NCBI RefSeq assembly: GCF_018350175.1
Contig: NC_058368.1
Span: forward strand, 18,478,001 to 18,542,000
Length of the DNA: 64,000 bases
Direction of reading: 5' to 3'
Origin: Felis catus
Lineage: Eukaryota
Part shown: in pieces, positions 58,160 through 64,000 of the stretch
Position numbering within the stretch: position 1 is the first letter of the stretch
Layout: every line of letters begins with the position of its first letter
Translations under genes and position numbers: made by a program
Notes under the pieces: model-generated
What the model saw: only the letters and a program-made list of their open reading frames with translations
What the model was told of the DNA's origin: nothing
The model's database searches: none

Positions 58160-59400
58160 ACCCAGAGAGAAGTTGTTCAGGAAACACAAAGTGGCCTTAA
58201 ATGAGTGTAAACCTTTGGATCCTCCAAATGACCACGAAAATCACTGAAGAAGTGACAAGAGGACCACATTAGTGGTCTTCACAATACCCTGGAGGATGAA
58301 GGAAATGCCAAAGGCTAAAGATAGTAAACAGTTTCCTGATGGTCATAAAAGGGAGAATTGGTTGTTCACAGCAACGCAGAAAGCTGCCAATCCATAAGCT
58401 TCCTGTTGACTTCCAGGGAAATTCCCAAACTGATTATTGACCAGATCTGGCTGAGCTCTTGGGAACACACCAGAACTAATACAGGCACACGTGAAAAAGT
58501 TGTTCTTTTCTACTTTATTGCTTATTAAACTAATAGATGAAACAAAACTGAGAAGATGACCCTAGGTGACAGAATAAAGGATCCAATGTATTCTGAAATA
58601 TTAGAGAGGGAAAAATAGAATTCCACTGAACGGCAAGAAGTATAAATTCTTGTTTGGTGGCTGAAATGATTCCTTGCAAAAGTATTAGAGAAAGAAGACC
58701 TGGCTTGACAGGAATTCATATTTAAAAATTTAGGTTTAGAAGTGCCTGGGTGGCTCAGTCAGTTAAGTGTCCAACTTCAGCTCAGGTCATGATCTCGCAG
58801 CTCATGAGTTCGAGCCCCGCATCAGGTTCCGTGCCGACAGCTCAGAGCCTGGAGCTTGCCTTGAGTTCTATGTCTCCCTCTCTTTCTGCCCTTCCCCCTC
58901 CATCAAAAATAAATAAACGTTAAAAAAATTTTTTTAAATAAATAAAAATATGGGGCACCTGGGTGGCTCAGTCGGTTAAGTGTCCGACTTTGGCTCAGGA
59001 CATGATCTCACGGTTCGTGGGTTTGAGCCCCGCATCGGGCTCTGTGCTGACAGCCCAGAGCCTGGAGCTGCTTCAGATTCTGTCTCCCCCTCTCTTTGCC
59101 CCTCCCCCACTCATCCTCTGTCTCTCCGTCTCTCTCAAAAATAAACAAAAACATTTTTTTAAAATGTTAAAAAAAATAAAAATAAAAATTTAGGTTTAAC
59201 TCACTACCTTCATGCTAAGCATACAGCAACTAGTAAAGCAGTCACCAAAATATCTAACTCAACTTTATTTCATTTAATTAAAGTCAAAAAGAAGAGAAAA
59301 GAAAGGAAAAGTTCAGATTTCCAACATGCTAAGCAATATGACCTCTAAAGTAAGGAGAGGTGGGGAGCCCAGGGTGACATTTGTGAAGAGGAACACTGCC
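58160..59400 (+). mobile_element. L3/CR1 ORF2 relic split by a SINE dimer
   Basis: CTTAAATGAGTGTAAACC, GACTTCCAGGGAAATTCCCAAACTGATTATTGACCAGAT and CTGGCTTGACAGGAATTCAT follow L3 RT order. Confidence 0.65.
58739..59182 (+). mobile_element. Head-to-tail SINEC_Fc dimer (58739-58950 and 58952-59182)
   Basis: Two full SINE bodies. One 16-bp TSD TAAAAATTTAGGTTTA (58723-58738 and 59183-59198) flanks the pair. Confidence 0.95.
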
Positions 59401-60023
59401 AACTCAAAAATGCTCTATGGACTAGTGAATGTACTTCTAGAAATAGCCATATATGTATATATATATATGAGGCAGGCTAATAAGAATTAATAGTATCTTT
59501 TATAAATCCTATGTGTCTGTCAGATCTTTTAGCTGAAATCGGAAGAAGGTTAACTTAACAAAAAGGGGAATTTTATTATTTATGGGCTCAAGAAGCCAGG
59601 AATGATGGAGGAGGAAGGGATAACTGGCAGATATCCAAAGCCAGAGACTTTGTTTCCAAGACCTTCTCTCCATCTTCCTCCTTTCGTTGAGGCTTTGCTC
59701 CAGCTTGCGCTTCTATTCTCTACTGCAGCTCAGCGTCCTCCATGTGCTCCCGCTGGCAGAGCAGGAAGGAGATGGAGAGGCGAAAGGGACAATGGACAAG
59801 AGAGGCGGCAACAGGAGAGAAGTGCATTGCAATTGGAGGTCCCCCTAAAACCATGTGACTGGAGCGAAGAAGACACAGATCAGGAAAAGAAGGAAAGGGA
59901 GGGGGTGCTATTTCCAGGAGAAGGGTAAAGAGATGCCGAACAGACAAAAACACAGACATGCCCCTCACCTTCCAGTGGTGAACGAGTAGATTCAAGCACC
60001 TCCCACAGGTGCCACAGTCACTC

Positions 60024-60110
60024 TTTGTTTTATTTCATTTCATTTCATTTCATTTCATTTCATTTCATTTCATTTCACAGAGCAAGTTGGGGAGAAGGTC
60101 AGGGGGAGGG

Positions 60111-60154
<44 letters not shown>

Positions 60155-60268
60155 CCCAAACACATCAGCGTGAAGCCTGATGCAGAGCTTGAGCCCATGA
60201 GCCTGGCTCATGACCTGAGCCAAAATCAAAAGTTGGACACTCAACCAACTAAGCCACCCAGGCACCCC
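60024..60268 (-). mobile_element. Older SINEC_Fc2-like SINE
   Basis: Reverse complement GGGGTGCCTGGGTGGCTTAGTTGGTTGAGTGTCCAACTTTTGATTTTGGCTCAGGTCATGA, with (CT)n and a tail replaced by (GAAAT)n. Confidence 0.9.
60032..60076. repeat. (ATTTC)9 pentanucleotide repeat in a SINE tail
   Basis: Direct reading: nine perfect ATTTC units. Confidence 0.97.
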
Positions 60269-60836
60269 AGGAGCTCACCACTATTTTAAATAAATACAAG
60301 AATGTGAACAAATTCACAAGTATGAGTCTTGCTTTATGCCACAGGTTACATTTGCATTTGAACTTCCAAATAATTTTTTTAAGATCTAATTTACATAAAA
60401 TAAAATGTGTTAGGTTCAGTGAATTTTGATAAACTGTACATCAACATAACCACCATCAAATCCAAGACATAGAACATTTCCATCTCTATGAAAAGTGCCC
60501 CATTACCTAGTTGCAGTCAATCGAACAATCCCACACTCCCTGACCCAGCTCCAGGCAAACGTTGATTTGTTTTAATTTGTCATTATAGATAAGATTGGTC
60601 ATTTCTAGAACCTCGGGTGTATGAAATCATACAGGATGTACTCCTTTGTGTCTGCTTCCACTCAGCAAAATATTTTTGAAATTCACATGTGTTATGTGTA
60701 TTAGTAATTCAATCCTTTGTATTGCTGAATAATAGTCTGCTATATGGATATACCACAATTTGTTAGCCATTTATCAGTTGATGGGCATCTGGGTTGTTTC
60801 CACAAAGAGGTGTTTCCAGTAAAGCTGCCATGAATA

Positions 60837-61007
60837 GGGGCACCTGGGTGGCTCAGTCGGTTGAGCATCTGACTTCTGCTCAGGTCATGATCTCACAGTC
60901 TGTGAGTTCGAGCCCCGCGTCGGGCTCTGTGCTGACAGCTCAGAGCCTGGAGCCTGTTTCAGATTCTGTGTCTCCCTCTCTCTCTGCCCCTCCCCCGCTC
61001 ATGCTTG

Positions 61008-61039
<32 letters not shown>

Positions 61040-61074
61040 GTCAAAAATAAATAAACATAAAATTTTTTTTTTCA
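60837..61074 (+). mobile_element. Feline SINEC_Fc
   Basis: TSD AAAGCT(G/T)CCAT(G/A)AATA at 60821-60836 and 61075-61090. Confidence 0.97.
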
Positions 61075-61092
61075 AAAGCTTCCATAAATATT

Positions 61093-61545
61093 CGTTTGGG
61101 TTGAATTGTGTTTCCCTCAAAAGATATGCTGAAGTCCTCAACCCTGATATCTGTGAATGTAACCTTATTTGAAAATAGGGTCTTTGCAGATGTAATCAAG
61201 TTAAAATGAGGTCATTAGGGTGGGCCCTAATCTGATATGGGTGTCTGTATAAGAAAGAAGAGATACAGACACAGAGACACAGAAGGAGAAGGCCACATGA
61301 TGACAGAGGCAGAGATCAGAATGATGCATTTACAAGCCCCAAATTGCCCGGGGCTTCTGGAAGCACCAGAAGTTGAGAGAAAGCCATGGATCTGATTCTC
61401 CCCTAGAGCCTTCAGAGGGAGCATGACTTTGCCGACACCTTGATTTTGGATTTCTAGCCTTTAAAACCATGAGAGAATAAATTCCTGTTGCTTAATGTCA
61501 CCAAGTTTGTGGTAATTTGTTGCAAAACCCCAGGAAACTAATACA
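61093..61545 (+). mobile_element. MLT1C MaLR solo LTR
   Basis: GGGTTGAATTGTGTTTCCCTCAAAAGATATG...GGGTCTTTGCAGATGTAATCAAGTTAAAATGAGGTCAT...GGAAACTAATACA. Confidence 0.93.
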
Positions 61546-62458
61546 CCACTCAAGTACAAGTCTTCATGTGAACACATAACATGTTTTCATTACTCTTGCA
61601 CAAATACCCAGAAGTGGTATTGCCAGGGTGTATGGTATGTTTAATTTTACAAGAAATGGCCAACGTGTTTTCCAAAGTAGCAGTAAATTTGACCTTCCGG
61701 CTGCAACATACAAGAATTACAGCTGCTCTGTATCGTCACGAATACTTGGTATTATCAGTCATCTCAATTTTCCATTATGGTTTTAATTTGCATTCCTTTG
61801 ATGAGTATTGATGTTCAACCTCTTTTCATGCACTTGTTGGCCATTTGCACATCTTCTTTGTGAAGTGTGTCTTTAAATATTTTGCCCATATTCTTGGGTA
61901 CAATTTCTTTATCAGATACATGTTTTGCATGTATCTTCTCCCAGTCTGTCACTTGCTGTTCATGATCTTAATGGTATTATTTTGAAAAGCAGTTGTTTTC
62001 ATTTTGATAAAGTTCATTACATCAAATTTTCGTTTTATTCTGTGGGTTTTGTGCCCTAAGAACTCTTTGTATACCCAATGTCACAATGATTTTATCCTAT
62101 CTTTTCTCCAAGAATGCTATTATCGTTTTAGACTTACATTTAGGTCTACCATTTATCTTAACTTAATTTTTTGTGTCACGGTAAGTGTCGACATTTACTT
62201 TTTTCCTCGTGGATATCTAGTTGTTGAAACAAGTCAGCTTAGTGTCTTTGTCAAAAATCAACTGGCCATCCGCGTGTGTCTGTGTTTCTGGAGTCTGTGC
62301 CTGTTTCACGAATCTAAACCTTTATGTCTCTCCTTCCACCAACACCACACTATCCCAAATACTTCAACTTTATAGTTTATCCTAGGATCGGGCTCCACAG
62401 GTCCCCTAAATTTGTTATTTTTCCAAATCATATTGAAATTGGTTTATGTCTACCTTTC

Positions 62459-62665
62459 TTTTTTTAATGTTCATATATTTTTGAGAGAGAGAGAACACTA
62501 GCACACTCACAAGTGGGGGAGGGGCAGAGGGAGAGGGAGACAGGATCCGAAGCGGGCTCTGAGCTGACCGCAGCAAGCCTGATGCGAGGCTCGAAATCAC
62601 GAACTGCGAGATCATGACCTGAGCCGAGGTCCGACGCTGAACCGACTGAGCCACCTGGGTGCCCC
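62459..62665 (-). mobile_element. Feline SINEC_Fc
   Basis: Full body. TSD TATG(T/C)CTA(C/T)CTTTC at 62445-62458 and 62666-62679. Confidence 0.95.
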
Positions 62666-64000
62666 TATGCCTATCTTTCAATAAGTAATATATGCACACA
62701 AGGGGGTTTCAATGAGAAGTAAGTCTTTCCCCCCTCCCATCTCTAGCTCCTAGGCTGCTGATTCTCCTCCCCCAAAATAGCCACTTTTAGCAATTTCTTA
62801 TTGTTTTCTTTTGCACAGCCTAGAATTGATTTTTTAAAAATTGAGTCAGACTTTAAATTTACTATTTAAAGGAATGTTAGTTCCAGACCAATCTGAGAGG
62901 GAAAAAATAATGCCCTAGATTTATATTCTGTATCAATCCAAATTTCAAGTGTGTGTGCCTCAAGTGAGGCCTGTCAATATTGGAAGGATTCAACCTTTGC
63001 TGATGATGCATTTGATTTTATCCACCAAGGAAGGAGGAGCAGGGACATTTGTGTACATCATCTACTCACCCAAATTCTGTTAGAGTCATTTAAATATGCT
63101 GCTTATGTTTAGGTGAGTTGCAGTATAATTATATGACACCAAGTAATCAGGGCTTGGTAATACTAACAAATTGATCTTTTAAGGCAGTCTGGAAGCCTAG
63201 TTAAGAATCATCTGAGTGTGTGACTCAGAGGTCACCCGTCCCAAAGATCCAGAAACGGCAAAGCTAGAACCGCACAGATAGAATTCGGCTCTACAGACTT
63301 TATCATTGTCCTGTGAGTATAAAATCTTACGACAGGAAATGTGGAGGAATGCAGAGACAAACTAAACCCCGCCAGTGTCTTCTAGAAATTCACAGACTAG
63401 AAGGGGAGGCAGGCACACATATAAGCGTCCCTGATGCAATGAAAAGTTCTAAAACTGAGGTTCCCAGACGAGACTCTGGAAACATGGAGAAAGCACATTC
63501 TGGAAACTAGATGATCATGCTATTTAAACTGTTCCTGAATTCAAAGCACACTGACATTCTCATTTTAGGATGACATCTAAGCAGCATACGGCTCTCCAGA
63601 CTTGTATTTCATCCTTATAATATTTCATTCTCACTGAGAGGAATTCTTTTAACTCTGAATTAGGTCAGTGGTTCTTCAATAAAAGCATATAAAAAGAGAA
63701 GGGGGTATTAGGAACCAAACCAAATCCTAAGCTTGCCTTGTTGATCACATGTAATTACTCTTCTGGGAACACCAAACAAAAGTAATAAAGTTCTTCTGGT
63801 AACATAAAAAAATGGATTTAGTGACTTGCTTGCTTTAGAGGGAGAGAGACAAGCAGTAAGAGCTGCCCAGCCCGAGAAAACAGGGAGAAGAGAATTTCTT
63901 GCCTCCTCTACAACTTGGCATTTCCTCTGGATTCTCAGGAAACCATGCAGGCTGAACACAAAAAGAACTGTACCTGAGAATTCCTATGTCTGATTCAGAG

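Larger units (their letters stand above)
60370..62445 (-). mobile_element. L1MB/ME-type LINE 3' region (minus), interrupted by a SINE and MLT1C
   Basis: TAATTTACATAAAATAAAATG, CATAGAACATTTCCATC, GTTGATGGGCATCTGGGTTGTTTCCA, GGTTTTAATTTGCATT and CTTTGTCAAAAATCAACTGGCCAT are antisense L1M hallmarks. Confidence 0.9.

Noticed and set aside
59602..59928. 108-aa ORF or possible exon 59729-59924
   Set aside because: No recognisable homology and only moderate splice signals. The purine-rich composition explains the open frame.
1..64000. Protein-coding genes from the six-frame ORF track
   Set aside because: All ORFs are 163 aa or shorter, overlap in many frames, and lack recognisable cellular domains or a consistent exon chain. 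Recognisable peptides are TE relics only.

Overview
This window is mammalian non-coding DNA, almost certainly felid (cat-like). It carries about 20 carnivore tRNA-derived SINEs of the feline SINEC_Fc type, most with readable target-site duplications (TSDs). They sit among ancient eutherian repeats (L2, MIR, L3/CR1, L1M, HAL1, MLT1/MaLR and ERV LTRs, MER3/MER5/MER96 hAT elements) and microsatellites. I can support no protein-coding gene, RNA gene, CRISPR array or prokaryotic system. The ORF track is explained by repeats or chance, and the only recognisable peptides are decayed L1/HAL1, L2 and CR1 fragments. The region looks like a gene desert or large intron with several repeat-free, motif-dense islands that resemble conserved developmental enhancers. 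I did not find a convincing novel biological system. The best leads are these candidate cis-regulatory islands (including a muscle-type motif cluster at about 16.5-16.7 kb), an (ATTTC)9 repeat born in a SINE tail, very young and possibly polymorphic SINEs, and multi-level nested insertions. Repeat family names come from recalled consensus similarity, not a RepeatMasker run, and boundaries of ancient repeats are approximate.
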